Positions 29,421 through 39,971 of a stretch of 64,000 nucleotides of DNA are shown in pieces. Source of the stretch: an uncultured Nitrospiraceae bacterium. Lineage in GTDB: Bacteria > Nitrospirota > Nitrospiria > Nitrospirales > Nitrospiraceae. The stretch is taken from positions 1,072,031-1,136,030 of the forward strand of contig CAVPLT010000004.1 of the NCBI GenBank assembly GCA_963706325.1, read 5' to 3'. The notes beneath the pieces were generated by a model. The model did not search any database. It had not been told where the DNA came from and worked only from the letters and a program-made list of their open reading frames with translations. Position 1 is the stretch's first letter. Each line of letters begins with the position of its first letter. The translations under genes and the position numbers were made by a program.

Positions 29421-30316
29421 TGCCGTCAGGCGCCCCCAAAACACTCCTGGTCGTGGCTTCCGATGCGGAAACGCAAGCCCTGGCGCTTGAACAGGCCAAG
29501 CCGCGCGGCTTGGCGGTCATTGTGGCGCCAGACCCACCAGGAGCCATAGCCATGCTGGATACGACCGTGCCTGATGTTGTGCTGAGCGATTTCTGCCTTC
29601 CAGACAGAACCGGGCTCTCCATGATCCGAGATATTCGCCGGCGCTGCTCACACATCCCGTTGATCGCCATGGCGGAGCAGGGGAGTGATTCAACCATGCT
29701 CGAGGCGCTTCGAGCCGGCGCAATTGATTATCTGTATAAACCGGTCATCGGTCCGCAGCTCGCATCGGCATTGGACCGGGCTCTCCAGCTGATTCCACAG
29801 ACCGTCGTGGATGTGCCTGGAATCGAGCAAGCAGAGTATAGCGTGGTGATTGGCACCGACCCCGCAAATGTGGAAGCCTGTGTCGCCTGGCTGATCGCGG
29901 AGACTGCTACGATGCTTCCTGACACGCAACGCCTGCATCTGCGGACCACCTTGATCGAACTCATCGTCAATGCTGTTGAACATGGCAGTCTCGAAATCTT
30001 CTACCAGGAAAAACACGAAGCGTTGGGAAACGACCAATATGACAGCCTCATCGCTCAGCGCCGGCGGGATCCACAGTTTGCCCGACGCCGCGTCATCATC
30101 CGGGCCTGCTGTGACAAGGTCGCCCGCAGCATCCGCTACACCATCACCGACGAAGGTTCAGGGTTCGGGTGGAATGGGTTTCTCACCCGATCGGATGAAC
30201 CCTGTGATAGCCGCGTCGCCAACGGGCGAGGTGTCTTCCTCGCGAAAGCCTTCTTTCCGGATCTGACCTACAATGAACGTGGGACCGAAGTCACCTTTTC
30301 CGTGCCGCTGCCCTAG
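29417..30316 (+). CDS. REC + RsbW-like anti-sigma Ser kinase (HATPase_c_2)
   Basis: REC (LSDFCLP, YLYKP) plus ELIVNAVEHG, DEGSGF, NGRGVFL, YNERGTEV. Confidence 0.88.
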   Translation: MMPSGAPKTLLVVASDAETQALALEQAKPRGLAVIVAPDPPGAIAMLDTTVPDVVLSDFCLPDRTGLSMIRDIRRRCSHIPLIAMAEQGSDSTMLEALRAGAIDYLYKPVIGPQLASALDRALQLIPQTVVDVPGIEQAEYSVVIGTDPANVEACVAWLIAETATMLPDTQRLHLRTTLIELIVNAVEHGSLEIFYQEKHEALGNDQYDSLIAQRRRDPQFARRRVIIRACCDKVARSIRYTITDEGSGFGWNGFLTRSDEPCDSRVANGRGVFLAKAFFPDLTYNERGTEVTFSVPLP

Positions 30317-30562
30317 CGGTGGCGTCATCACGCTGTCGATCATCCGGCAGAACCGCGTGACGCGCAGCGCCTTCGAAGAGTAAGACCACGAGCCCGGGCC
30401 ATTTACTCTCTTCCGAGAAGGCGCGATGCAGGCGGCTGGATCAGTGCCGCTCACCAAACGACTTGTCCTATGCCTGTGAAGGCCGCTTGACGGAAATCGA
30501 GGGCGCGGATTATCCTCTCCTCCAAATCAAGTGATTCCCTCCTATAACTGAAGAGGCACCGC

Positions 30563-30802
30563 ATGACACAGCCCCCGCGTGGGACGCTTTCGCTTCTGCT
30601 CCTGTTCTCGCTGACCGCGTGCAGTACCAGCGAATGGGTCCATCCCAACAAACAGAAGGATCAATTCACGCTGGACTACAACAAGTGTCAGGCCGATGCC
30701 ATGCGGGATCCCAAACTCCAACAGGGCATTCAACTGCTCACCATCCAAGCAACCGAACGTTGTGTCCAAAAAATGGGCTGGCGGTTGGTGGAGAAGGAGT
30801 AA
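30563..30802 (+). CDS. Small lipoprotein
   Basis: Lipobox LTAC, WVHPNK motif, two further Cys, C-terminal GW. Confidence 0.75.
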   Translation: MTQPPRGTLSLLLLFSLTACSTSEWVHPNKQKDQFTLDYNKCQADAMRDPKLQQGIQLLTIQATERCVQKMGWRLVEKE

Positions 30803-30814
30803 GGAAGGAGGCTT

Positions 30815-32869
30815 TTACAAGAAGCGCAAACGAGTCATGAATTCATGCGGGACTGGTCCGGTATGTTCCACGCGCAGGGTCGTAATCGGCTCCTTAGAAC
30901 CGTACCGTTTCGAAGCCCATCCGCCCACCGGCCGCACGCTCCCCTCACAGAGCAGGGTCGTGCCCCCTTCAATGGTGAGCAGGAGCGGCCGATCCAATCC
31001 TTCCAGGCGATAGCCTCCGTCAACGGGGATCGGTTGGCAGCCCAAATGCCAATTCAACTCCAGGTGATGAACACCGGTGCCCGTAAGCCAATCCCAGATC
31101 ATCCAGGTGCCGGGTGGTTCATACGACATGCCGCGTAAATGGGTCACGCCCAATCGGCCCTTATAGCCATAATGTCTGGCAATGACCGTAATTTTTCCTT
31201 CCGGCGTCTCATCTTTGTAGACCAGATGGGTTTCGAACGGCATGGACCAGGCCATGGGGCCATCTTGTACGGCTTGATCGAACCCATCGATCGTCACCGT
31301 GTTGTGCGCGCGAGTTCCCCGAAAATAACTCCGCCACTGAGGATTGCCCGTATACGTATAAGCGCCTGGGTCAATCAGCACGTCCCGCGATCCCACCTGA
31401 AGCAAGACAGACAACGCATCGGCATGGCCATGCGCATAGTCTGGGGCCATGCCCAACGCCCCGTGGTCGAAAATCGCCTGCTCTGAATCCCGCCCGCGAA
31501 CAATCGAATAGCCGGAGAGATGAAACGTCGTCAGCCCCGGTGAGCGCGGCTTGGCGGGTGTTGAAAAACGCAGATAGGGAGACAGGGCGGTTTCGTGTGC
31601 GCCATCGCCGATCGGCGGGAGCCTCCCATTCGCGCTGTTGCGGAACTCCTCCAGAAACTCGCGGCTGCGGTCGAACACCTGGCGAATCTTCTCCGGAACA
31701 GGCTGTTGCCGATGATCGAGCAGCGCGAGCACCAGCCCATACAGGTCGGTACTGAACTGAAGGTATCCCAACCCCTGTTCCTGGCTGCCGCCATCATGGC
31801 TGATGTGCCTCGGGGTGTTCTCTTCCAGCAAGTAATGCCCGAAGGCCAGCCATCGTTCCGCTTGTTGCATTTCAGGAAACAGGCTACCGGCATAAATCAA
31901 GGCCGTGGCCGCCGCGAGCGTGTCATGCGGCGTAGCCAGGCGGAGTGATAGACGTTTCCGGATCAATTCCGCGTGGCCGGATATCAAGGTGAGGACAGCC
32001 GGCCAGGCTCGCTCAGGCGCCGGTAGCCAGGGGCGAATCAAATCCATGGCGTAACAGACGGCCAGAAGACGAAGCGCGCATTCCGTCGGAGAAATGTAAT
32101 GGATGCCGGTCAAAAATGGATTGGCGTCGACCCAGGAGAGGAGCTGCGCTTCACAGACTGCAGCGGCGCGCTCGCGTAGCGCCGACTCGGCCTGCTGCGC
32201 CAAGAGGGCAAGCAGTACCAAGTGCTGAAGACGCGAGGGCTCCCAAGTCATCCGGATATCTCCGGAGGGATTGCTCGCCCGTACGGGAATGTCGGCGAAG
32301 AACCGACGTGGCCACGCCTCGCCCGTATCGGGCGACCGATGCCAGCAGGATCCGTCCTGACTCCATTGCCAGGGATAACCGAACACGGTCAGGGATCCCT
32401 TCAGCAACGCTTCCAGTTGTCCGTCGTCAGGAGGGATCTGCCAGGCCAACGCAGGCAGCAGTGGCGACTGACTCGTGCAGAAGGCATAACGCGATAACTC
32501 CTGCGCCGTAAAGTGGCGGTCGAGTGAGCCTCGCCTGAATCGCTGTTGCAGATGGAGCAGCGAAAACAGACCGCGTTCCCGAGCCTGACGCCACCATTCC
32601 ACGCGACTGGGCGCCACAAGGGCTTTCACCGAGGAGGCGAGGCGTTGCGGCAGAACATTGGGATTGAAAGACAGTGTTACGCGCACTGGAATGCCATGAG
32701 GAAATCGTCTGGTTAAAAGAGGTGAACAAGCGTCCGTCCGTTCGGCCACGAAAGATGGCCAGCGTCGTTGATAGGCACAGTACAATCGTCGAGCGCTGAG
32801 GTCAATGCCGAAGTACCACGTAGTACCTTCAAGAGGTTGCCAACGTATGAGAGTGCGGAATTGCGACAA
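30815..32869 (-). CDS. Heparinase II/III-family (polysaccharide lyase-like) protein
   Basis: DIRMTWEPSRLQH, DGGSQEQ, PPIGD, HGHADALS, IDPGAYTY, AHNTVTIDG. Start uncertain. Confidence 0.85.
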   Translation of the reverse strand: MSQFRTLIRWQPLEGTTWYFGIDLSARRLYCAYQRRWPSFVAERTDACSPLLTRRFPHGIPVRVTLSFNPNVLPQRLASSVKALVAPSRVEWWRQARERGLFSLLHLQQRFRRGSLDRHFTAQELSRYAFCTSQSPLLPALAWQIPPDDGQLEALLKGSLTVFGYPWQWSQDGSCWHRSPDTGEAWPRRFFADIPVRASNPSGDIRMTWEPSRLQHLVLLALLAQQAESALRERAAAVCEAQLLSWVDANPFLTGIHYISPTECALRLLAVCYAMDLIRPWLPAPERAWPAVLTLISGHAELIRKRLSLRLATPHDTLAAATALIYAGSLFPEMQQAERWLAFGHYLLEENTPRHISHDGGSQEQGLGYLQFSTDLYGLVLALLDHRQQPVPEKIRQVFDRSREFLEEFRNSANGRLPPIGDGAHETALSPYLRFSTPAKPRSPGLTTFHLSGYSIVRGRDSEQAIFDHGALGMAPDYAHGHADALSVLLQVGSRDVLIDPGAYTYTGNPQWRSYFRGTRAHNTVTIDGFDQAVQDGPMAWSMPFETHLVYKDETPEGKITVIARHYGYKGRLGVTHLRGMSYEPPGTWMIWDWLTGTGVHHLELNWHLGCQPIPVDGGYRLEGLDRPLLLTIEGGTTLLCEGSVRPVGGWASKRYGSKEPITTLRVEHTGPVPHEFMTRLRFL

Positions 32870-33041
32870 CTGTATAAACTTGAAACAGTGAGTGAAGGGT
32901 TTCTCCTTCAGAGACGTTTGTTACTTACACCTCCGCGATGAATTGTGGTAATGATATGGGTTCAGTAATCAACAAGTGACGTTCCCGATCCGAAGAATCC
33001 GATAGAGGTCAGTTCATAATACTGATAAGGCGGCAGGTAGC

Positions 33042-34052
33042 GTGAAAAAAGCATTGATCACCGGCATCAGCGGCCAAGATGGATCGTATCTCGCCGAACT
33101 ACTGTTGGCGAAGGGCTATGAGGTCCACGGCATCATCCGGCGCTCCAGTTCCTTGAACACCGCTCGCATCGACGGCATCTATCAAGATCCCCATGTTCCG
33201 GAGGCCCGATTGCGGCTCGTCTATGGCGATCTCAACGACGCCAGTTCGCTCAATCGAATTCTCCGCACGATTCAGCCGGATGAGATCTACAACCTCGGCG
33301 CGCAAAGCCATGTGCGCGTGAGTTTCGACGTGCCGGAATATACCGCAGAGGTCACGGCGCTTGGGGCAGTTCGCCTATTGGAAGCCATTCGCGAATCCGG
33401 CATCCGGCCCAAGTTCTATCAGGCCTCGTCCAGCGAGATGTTCGGCAAAGTGCAGGAAATTCCTCAGCGCGAGAGCACGCCATTTTACCCACGCAGCCCA
33501 TACGGAGCCGCCAAGGTCTATGCCCACTGGATTACCGTCAATTACCGTGAAGCCTACGACCTGTTTGCCTGCAGCGGCATTCTCTTCAATCATGAATCGC
33601 CGAGAAGGGGAGAAACGTTCGTCACGCGGAAAATCACTCGCGCGGCCGCTCGGATTAAGCTGGGCGTGCAGCAAGACCTGTATCTGGGCAATCTCGACGC
33701 CAAACGCGATTGGGGCTTTGCCGGCGACTATGTGCAGGCTATGTGGATGATGCTGCAAGCCGATCAACCGGACGATTACGTAATCGCCACCGGGGAAACC
33801 CACACGGTGCGTGAGTTTCTGGATCGTGCATTCAGCTATCTCGATTTGGATTGGAAGCAGTACGTCAAGATCGATCCCCGCTATTATCGGCCCACCGAGG
33901 TCGACTTGTTAATCGGGGATGCTTCCAAAGCCAAGCAGATGTTGGGATGGGAGCCGAAAGTGTGTTTCGATGACCTCGTCGTCGTGATGGTGGAGGCAGA
34001 TCTACGCGCTGAACGATGTCTTCTCGAAGGGACCAGAGGAGTGCGGGCATGA
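33042..34052 (+). CDS. gmd: GDP-mannose 4,6-dehydratase
   Basis: [39 protein letters not shown]. Confidence 0.97.
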   Translation: MKKALITGISGQDGSYLAELLLAKGYEVHGIIRRSSSLNTARIDGIYQDPHVPEARLRLVYGDLNDASSLNRILRTIQPDEIYNLGAQSHVRVSFDVPEYTAEVTALGAVRLLEAIRESGIRPKFYQASSSEMFGKVQEIPQRESTPFYPRSPYGAAKVYAHWITVNYREAYDLFACSGILFNHESPRRGETFVTRKITRAAARIKLGVQQDLYLGNLDAKRDWGFAGDYVQAMWMMLQADQPDDYVIATGETHTVREFLDRAFSYLDLDWKQYVKIDPRYYRPTEVDLLIGDASKAKQMLGWEPKVCFDDLVVVMVEADLRAERCLLEGTRGVRA

Positions 34053-35011
34053 CGTCCTATTGGTCTGATAAACGGGTGGTTGTCACAGGGGGAGCCGGGT
34101 TTCTCGGTTCGGTCGTGGTTGAGCAGCTTCGAAAGGCAGGTTGTCAAACCATCATGATTCCTCGAAGCAGAGACTACGATCTCGTTCAGATGGACGCAGT
34201 GCAGCGGCTCTATGATGATGCTAGACCTGATCTCGTACTGCACCTGGCCGCCCGGGTGGGAGGGATCGGCGCCAACCAAGCAAATGCCGGCCGGTTCTTC
34301 TACGACAACCTGATGATGGGCACGCAGCTCATGGAAGTGGGGCGGCAGCGGGGGCTTAAGAAATTCGTGGCGCTGGCCACTATCTGTGCCTATCCCAAAT
34401 ACACTCCGGTCCCCTTTCGTGAGGAAGACCTGTGGAGCGGATACCCGGAAGAGACCAATGCGCCCTATGGCTTAGCCAAAAAGATGATGCTGGTCCAGGC
34501 CCAGGCCTATCGTCAGCAATATGGGTTCAATGCCGTTGTGCTTTTTCCGGTGAATCTCTATGGCCCTGGCGACAACTTCGACATGCAAACCTCGCATGTC
34601 ATTCCGGCCTTGATCAGAAAATGTGTCGAAGCGCAGGCGCGAGGTGACCGCCAAGTGGTTCTGTGGGGCGACGGCTCGCCGTCGCGGGAGTTTTTATATG
34701 TTGATGACGCAGCACGCGCCATTCTGCTTGCGGGCGAGCACTATGATGGAAACGAACCCATTAACGTAGGAACAGGGCAGGAGATTACGATCCAAGATCT
34801 GGCGCACTTGATTGCCGATGAAGTAGGATTCGGCGGGGAACTTGTCTGGGATACCGCCAAACCGAACGGGCAACCTCGTCGTTGCCTGGAAGTAAGCCGA
34901 GCGAAAAATCTCTTCGGATTTGAGGCCGCGTGGTCACTACGCGAAGGGATCAAGGAGACGGTGTCTTGGTATCGTTCTCACCAGGCTGTGATTAGAGAAG
35001 TGGTGTTCTAG
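34049..35011 (+). CDS. fcl: GDP-L-fucose synthase
   Basis: [45 protein letters not shown] overlap with gmd. Confidence 0.95.
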   Translation: MTSYWSDKRVVVTGGAGFLGSVVVEQLRKAGCQTIMIPRSRDYDLVQMDAVQRLYDDARPDLVLHLAARVGGIGANQANAGRFFYDNLMMGTQLMEVGRQRGLKKFVALATICAYPKYTPVPFREEDLWSGYPEETNAPYGLAKKMMLVQAQAYRQQYGFNAVVLFPVNLYGPGDNFDMQTSHVIPALIRKCVEAQARGDRQVVLWGDGSPSREFLYVDDAARAILLAGEHYDGNEPINVGTGQEITIQDLAHLIADEVGFGGELVWDTAKPNGQPRRCLEVSRAKNLFGFEAAWSLREGIKETVSWYRSHQAVIREVVF

Positions 35012-35096
35012 GCGCGTGGCAGACGATTCGTAATTCCCTATCCTTACTTCGCCTATACAGGCATAAACCCTCGCTGGCAGCGTCACACCAACGGAT

Positions 35097-36614
35097 ATGA
35101 TTCACTCGAAATCCATTTCTCGCCCAATCTCTTCACAAGCAATGAGGGGTCTTGTCACAAGCGGGATGCTGTGGACCACATTCGGTACCTTGGCGAGCAA
35201 GTTCGCAAGTCTTGGCGCACAACTAGTCCTTGGCTGGGTACTGAGCAAAGAAGATTTCGCACTCTATGCCATCGCGATTTCTTGGTCCACGATCATCCTG
35301 GCCTTGAGAAACGGTGGCACACAGCGATTGCTGATACAGCAGGGCAGCAGGTATGAGGAATGTGCGACAGTCTTCTTCAAGATCGCTCTACTTTTTAACG
35401 GATTCGGCTTTCTTGTCCTCGCCCTGGTTGCACCAGGACTCTCTTCTCTCTATGACAGTCCTGAACTCACCAGGATGCTGTGGATCATTGCCCTTTCTCT
35501 TCCCCTGAACACGGTAGCCATGGTGTTTCAAGCCAAACTGTCGTCGGATCTAAACTTCAGAAAGTATACGCAGCTGAACATATGGTCAGCCATCTTGCGC
35601 CACGGTTCGATGGTAGGTTTTGCCCTCATGGGATTAGGACCGCTCAGTTTCGTCCTTCCGCTCATCATCATTTCCCTGTTCGAAACCATGGGTGGATGGT
35701 ATTTGGTAGGCACGTGGCCCCCCAACCGACCATTAACATGGCAAGGGTTATCTGTGGTGTTACGAGACAGCCGTTGGATCATGTTGACGACCTTGGCCGG
35801 CATCCTGGCAATCAACGGCGACTACTTGGCGATCAGTTTGTTGCAATCGAAGGAAATCCTCGGCGTCTACTACTTCGGGTTTCAACTGACGTTCTCAATG
35901 GCCATTTTATTCACCAATGGTGTCGAAGCGATCATGATGCCTACATTCTCTCACCTCGAGCACGATCAGGAGAGGCAAAAAATTGCCTTTTTCCAAGCGG
36001 TCCGAGTGCTCACGCTCGGAGCGACCTTAACCTGCTTCGCGTTGGTTCCCGCTGCGGCCGCTTTCGTTCACACTTTGTGGGGCGGGAAGTGGGACAACGC
36101 CATCCCGGTCGTGCAATTGCTGGCCCTGAGCTTGCCAATCAAAATGGTGATGCCGCTCTGTCGATCTCTCATGGAAGGCCGCGGGGAGTGGCGACTTGTC
36201 TCGACGTTACTCCTGGCGGACGGGATTGGCACCGTCATCGCCGGTGGACTAGGGGCATGGGTTGGCGGCGTGACGTCAATCGCGTCTGTGATCAGCGCGT
36301 ACAATCTGGCTTTCGGGCTATGCTCTTGTGGATACATTGCACAACGGATCGGCGGGCGGTTAAGCGCCGCATTTGTTCCAATGCTCTCTGCGTTCGCATT
36401 CGGAATCCTTGCCCTGCTGGCCACATCACTATTGACGTACCTGGGTTCAGTCGATAGCTTGAATATGTGGCATGCGGGAATATCAATCCTTCTTTATGTC
36501 GGGATCTATCTCGGCCTGACCAGGGTCTTTTTAAGGGACAGTCTCACGGAAGTCATCAGTTTGATACTGAGAGGCATTCCTGATCCCAGGCGAGCGAAAA
36601 GGTCGATGAGATGA
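35097..36614 (+). CDS. wzx: Wzx-type oligosaccharide flippase
   Basis: Polytopic membrane protein with LSKEDFALY, GDYLAI...LGVYYFGFQ and GGKWDNAIP motifs. Confidence 0.85.
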   Translation: MIHSKSISRPISSQAMRGLVTSGMLWTTFGTLASKFASLGAQLVLGWVLSKEDFALYAIAISWSTIILALRNGGTQRLLIQQGSRYEECATVFFKIALLFNGFGFLVLALVAPGLSSLYDSPELTRMLWIIALSLPLNTVAMVFQAKLSSDLNFRKYTQLNIWSAILRHGSMVGFALMGLGPLSFVLPLIIISLFETMGGWYLVGTWPPNRPLTWQGLSVVLRDSRWIMLTTLAGILAINGDYLAISLLQSKEILGVYYFGFQLTFSMAILFTNGVEAIMMPTFSHLEHDQERQKIAFFQAVRVLTLGATLTCFALVPAAAAFVHTLWGGKWDNAIPVVQLLALSLPIKMVMPLCRSLMEGRGEWRLVSTLLLADGIGTVIAGGLGAWVGGVTSIASVISAYNLAFGLCSCGYIAQRIGGRLSAAFVPMLSAFAFGILALLATSLLTYLGSVDSLNMWHAGISILLYVGIYLGLTRVFLRDSLTEVISLILRGIPDPRRAKRSMR

Positions 36615-37945
36615 TCGGCATTTCTGCATATGCCGCCATAGCAGCAGGCTTGTTCGTCTCGCTCTGGAGGTATCCTGCAGTCGCACTCGCAGGTGTATTC
36701 TGCATGTTTGCGCTGGAGCAGTGGGGCCAAGCCACCACTGGTTTCTTCGCACAACACCACACCGCCACTAATTTCCTGATAGGTGGAATGCTTGTACTCG
36801 CTTTGGTCATTCAAGGGGTCAGAAAGGGATTTTTAATTTTTTCCGGCTATCCGGCAGTCGGTTGGCTCACGTTGGCCTTGTTTCTTTATGCCTTTGCTTC
36901 AACGCAATGGGCTCCTCGTCCAGATATCAGCCTAGACCTATGGCAGAGTCGGTGGCCCTATATCGTAACCATGCTGGTGTTGACCCCATTGCTTATCACA
37001 GAAACCCAAGATCTGCGGTCTGCCTATACAGGGTTATTCCTGATCGGAGGAACGCTGTCGATACTCCTGCTGTTCTTCGTCAAATGGGAGGCTCGACGAA
37101 TAGTACTTGACCATGGCCTGGGAAATCCTCTCGCAGTAGCTGCCGTAGCAGGTATGGTTGTCCTCACTTCCATTCTGGCCGATCCCTGGCCGCGTTCGAA
37201 ATGGTGGATTCCTTTCAAGTGGACGATTGCCATCCTGTGTCTAATGCTCGTCATAAAATCAGGTTCCCGCGGCCAGCTCCTAGGAGTACTTCTCGTTTCT
37301 GTGGCTTGCTGGCCCATAAGCCGTGGTCTGGCCAATGTCAAACAATTTGCAGTCCTGAGTATCGTGATCTTGCTCCTTGGGACAGCCACTACCTGGACCA
37401 TTCAGGAATTTTCTAGCCAACAGTTGGTTTATGGGGGACGCGCGAGGTGGAGTGAACAATCCGCGCAGGAGGATGTCTCAGGCCGTCTTAATAATGCACT
37501 ACTGCTTGTTCGGCTGGCCTACTCCTCCCCCGAAACAGTGCTCTTCGGCTTGGGGAATTCGGCATCGTATGATCCGCGCATCCTCGGGATCTACCCTCAC
37601 TTCGTGCCGTTGGAAGTGCTGGCTGAAGAGGGACTTATTGGGTTTGCCTTGTATGGGATAATCTTCTACTGTCTATTGTGCACCACCATTCGATGTTTCC
37701 GCATCGCTGCCACTGACCCGGCAGAACGACTCTTGCTGGGAGGACTCATAGGCCTGTGCCTATTCACCTTCATTCTTTCGCTCAAGCAGGGAAGTCTGCT
37801 GCTTAATTTAGAACCATTTATGTTGGCAATTATCCTCGGGCGGTACGAACGACTTCTGTCGAAGAGCCTTACGACTGAGGGTGCAATAGAAGAGGAGCGT
37901 GAAGATGAGGAGCTCTTGGCATTCATCAGGTATCCGGCTCTTTAA
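36611..37945 (+). CDS. Wzy polymerase / O-antigen ligase-like membrane protein
   Basis: Multi-TM; SGSRG, SGRL, LFGLG, YPHFVPLEVLAEEGLIG. Confidence 0.8.
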   Translation: MIGISAYAAIAAGLFVSLWRYPAVALAGVFCMFALEQWGQATTGFFAQHHTATNFLIGGMLVLALVIQGVRKGFLIFSGYPAVGWLTLALFLYAFASTQWAPRPDISLDLWQSRWPYIVTMLVLTPLLITETQDLRSAYTGLFLIGGTLSILLLFFVKWEARRIVLDHGLGNPLAVAAVAGMVVLTSILADPWPRSKWWIPFKWTIAILCLMLVIKSGSRGQLLGVLLVSVACWPISRGLANVKQFAVLSIVILLLGTATTWTIQEFSSQQLVYGGRARWSEQSAQEDVSGRLNNALLLVRLAYSSPETVLFGLGNSASYDPRILGIYPHFVPLEVLAEEGLIGFALYGIIFYCLLCTTIRCFRIAATDPAERLLLGGLIGLCLFTFILSLKQGSLLLNLEPFMLAIILGRYERLLSKSLTTEGAIEEEREDEELLAFIRYPAL

Positions 37946-38135
37946 GCCATCACCATGGACATATAAACTGCGCCTCACTCTGGACTGATAGGCTGAAAGC
38001 ATAAAATGAAAGCCCCGATGACATTGGGTTTACCCACATCCGATTCTTTCGATCTTTCGATTCTTTCGAAAATCGGTCGGCATATGAAATGACATTTGAT
38101 CCTCAGGGCTCATACGGCCAATTTTCGGGCATGAG

Positions 38136-39287
38136 ATGATGCTCTCGCGCCATTCAACCACACCAAGAGTTGCGGTGATTTACCATTTCTTTGCGCACTA
38201 CCGCTCCGCAATCATGCGAGAGCTGCTCGACTGTAAAGATATTGAATACTTCTTAGTCGGTGACCGATCAGACCCTGACAACTCGATTGAGCCATGGCAA
38301 CCACCGGAGGACCGACTATTGTTCGCCCCTTGCACAAAGATTACTTCTAGTCTGCTATGGCAGAAAGGGTTGGTTCGTTTGGCTCTGCGGCATGACATCG
38401 ACGTCATGATCTTTCTCGGCAATGCGAACTTCCTCAGCACTTGGGTCGCAGCCTTGTTGGCGCGGCTGAAGGGAAAGCGGGTCTTATTTTGGACGCATGG
38501 CTGGATGCGAAAGGAGCAGGGGTTTAAAGGCACAATCAGAAATCTCTTCTACCGCCTTGCCCACGGGCTTCTTCTCTACGGTCCCCGTGCAAGGCTGATC
38601 GGAGTCCAAAATGGGTTCCATGGGGACGGTCTCTACGTTGTCTACAATAGCTTGGACTTACAAACGCAATCAAAAATCAGGGCTCATGTGACTCCTGATC
38701 GTCTGAGACATATCCGAGAGAGGTGTTTTCCGAATTCAAACGCCCCCATCTTGATCTGTACCGGTAGACTTACCAAACCGAAAGGCTTGGCAATTCTGTT
38801 AGAAGCGATGTCTCTATTACAGGAGCAGGGGTTCAGAACCTGTTTACTATTGGTCGGTGAGGGGCCGGAACGCGAATCTTTAATACAGATGGCCAATGAC
38901 CTTCGTCTCACCGTGCATTTCTATGGTGCCTGTTACAACGAAGAGCTTCTCGCGGAACTGATCATGTCGGCCAACATAACCGTCTCGCCTGGTCAGGTCG
39001 GTCTCACCGCCATGCATAGTCTTGCCTACGGAACTCCGGTCATTACCCATGATGACCCTGCTAATCAAATGCCTGAGTGGGAAGCGATCCTTCCAGGAAA
39101 AACGGGAGACTTTTTCAGATGTGGTGATGTCCAGGATTTGGCTAAGACGATACGTAAATGGTGCCTGCATCCTTGGCCTGACGAAGATGTCCGCAGTCAA
39201 TGCATGGCCATTATTGAGCATCGGTACAATCCAAATTTTCAGCGGCATGTGATTAACCGTGCAGTGGCTGGATTGGTGGCAGAATAG
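38136..39287 (+). CDS. Glycosyltransferase family 4
   Basis: WTHG, GRLTKPKG, VGEGPER, GLTAMHSLAYGTPVIT. Confidence 0.88.
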   Translation: MMLSRHSTTPRVAVIYHFFAHYRSAIMRELLDCKDIEYFLVGDRSDPDNSIEPWQPPEDRLLFAPCTKITSSLLWQKGLVRLALRHDIDVMIFLGNANFLSTWVAALLARLKGKRVLFWTHGWMRKEQGFKGTIRNLFYRLAHGLLLYGPRARLIGVQNGFHGDGLYVVYNSLDLQTQSKIRAHVTPDRLRHIRERCFPNSNAPILICTGRLTKPKGLAILLEAMSLLQEQGFRTCLLLVGEGPERESLIQMANDLRLTVHFYGACYNEELLAELIMSANITVSPGQVGLTAMHSLAYGTPVITHDDPANQMPEWEAILPGKTGDFFRCGDVQDLAKTIRKWCLHPWPDEDVRSQCMAIIEHRYNPNFQRHVINRAVAGLVAE

Positions 39288-39339
39288 GGTCGCGTCCATG
39301 TGTGTCGACGATAGCCTATAAACTCGAGAGCGATGAGCC

Positions 39340-39909
39340 GTGCAATCCGTTAGTAATAAGTTGCGATCGGTGCCATGGAGCTATAAGTTTGTCCGCTGGA
39401 TTCTTATAACCTATCGTCGACGACGCTTTGGGCTTAAACGGGTACACGCTACCTTTTATATGGCGAGAGGCTGTTTGGTGAGCCGCGATTTGGTCGCACA
39501 CGAATATAGCTTTATCAATATGGGCTGTGTCCTTGGGCCAAAAGTCGAACTTGGTCGTTATGTCATGCTTGGACCTTACGTTTCGGTTGTGGGGAATGAC
39601 CATGTTACGTCAAAAGCGGGAGTGCCGATCATTTTTTCAGGACGCCCTCCCCAAAAGCAGACGTTCGTAGAGGACGATGCTTGGATTGGATTTGGAACAA
39701 TCATTGTGGCCGGTGTAAGAATCGGTCGAGGAGCGATTGTGGGGGCTGGTTCCGTTGTGACAAAGGATGTCCCTCCTTATGAAATTCATGCTGGGGTGCC
39801 GGCAAAAAAGATCGGTGAACGATTCGCGAATGAAACCCAACGTCTGAAACACGATGCCATGTTGGACGGACCTATAGTTGCTGGCCAATACTGTTCTTCA
39901 ATTCATTGA
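39340..39909 (+). CDS. Hexapeptide-repeat O-acetyltransferase
   Basis: VEDDAWIG...GVRIGRGAIVGAGSVVTKDVPPYEIHAGVPAK. GTG start. Confidence 0.88.
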   Translation: MQSVSNKLRSVPWSYKFVRWILITYRRRRFGLKRVHATFYMARGCLVSRDLVAHEYSFINMGCVLGPKVELGRYVMLGPYVSVVGNDHVTSKAGVPIIFSGRPPQKQTFVEDDAWIGFGTIIVAGVRIGRGAIVGAGSVVTKDVPPYEIHAGVPAKKIGERFANETQRLKHDAMLDGPIVAGQYCSSIH

Positions 39910-39971
39910 TCTACGAATATGTCAATCGAATAGGTCCATTTCAGACTAAAGCCTTGAGCCTCCGATAACCT

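Noticed and set aside
39947..39968. TAAA...TCCGATAA sigma-28-like box before the WcaF-like gene
   Set aside because: The spacer is only 10 nt and the box is 3 nt from the ATG.
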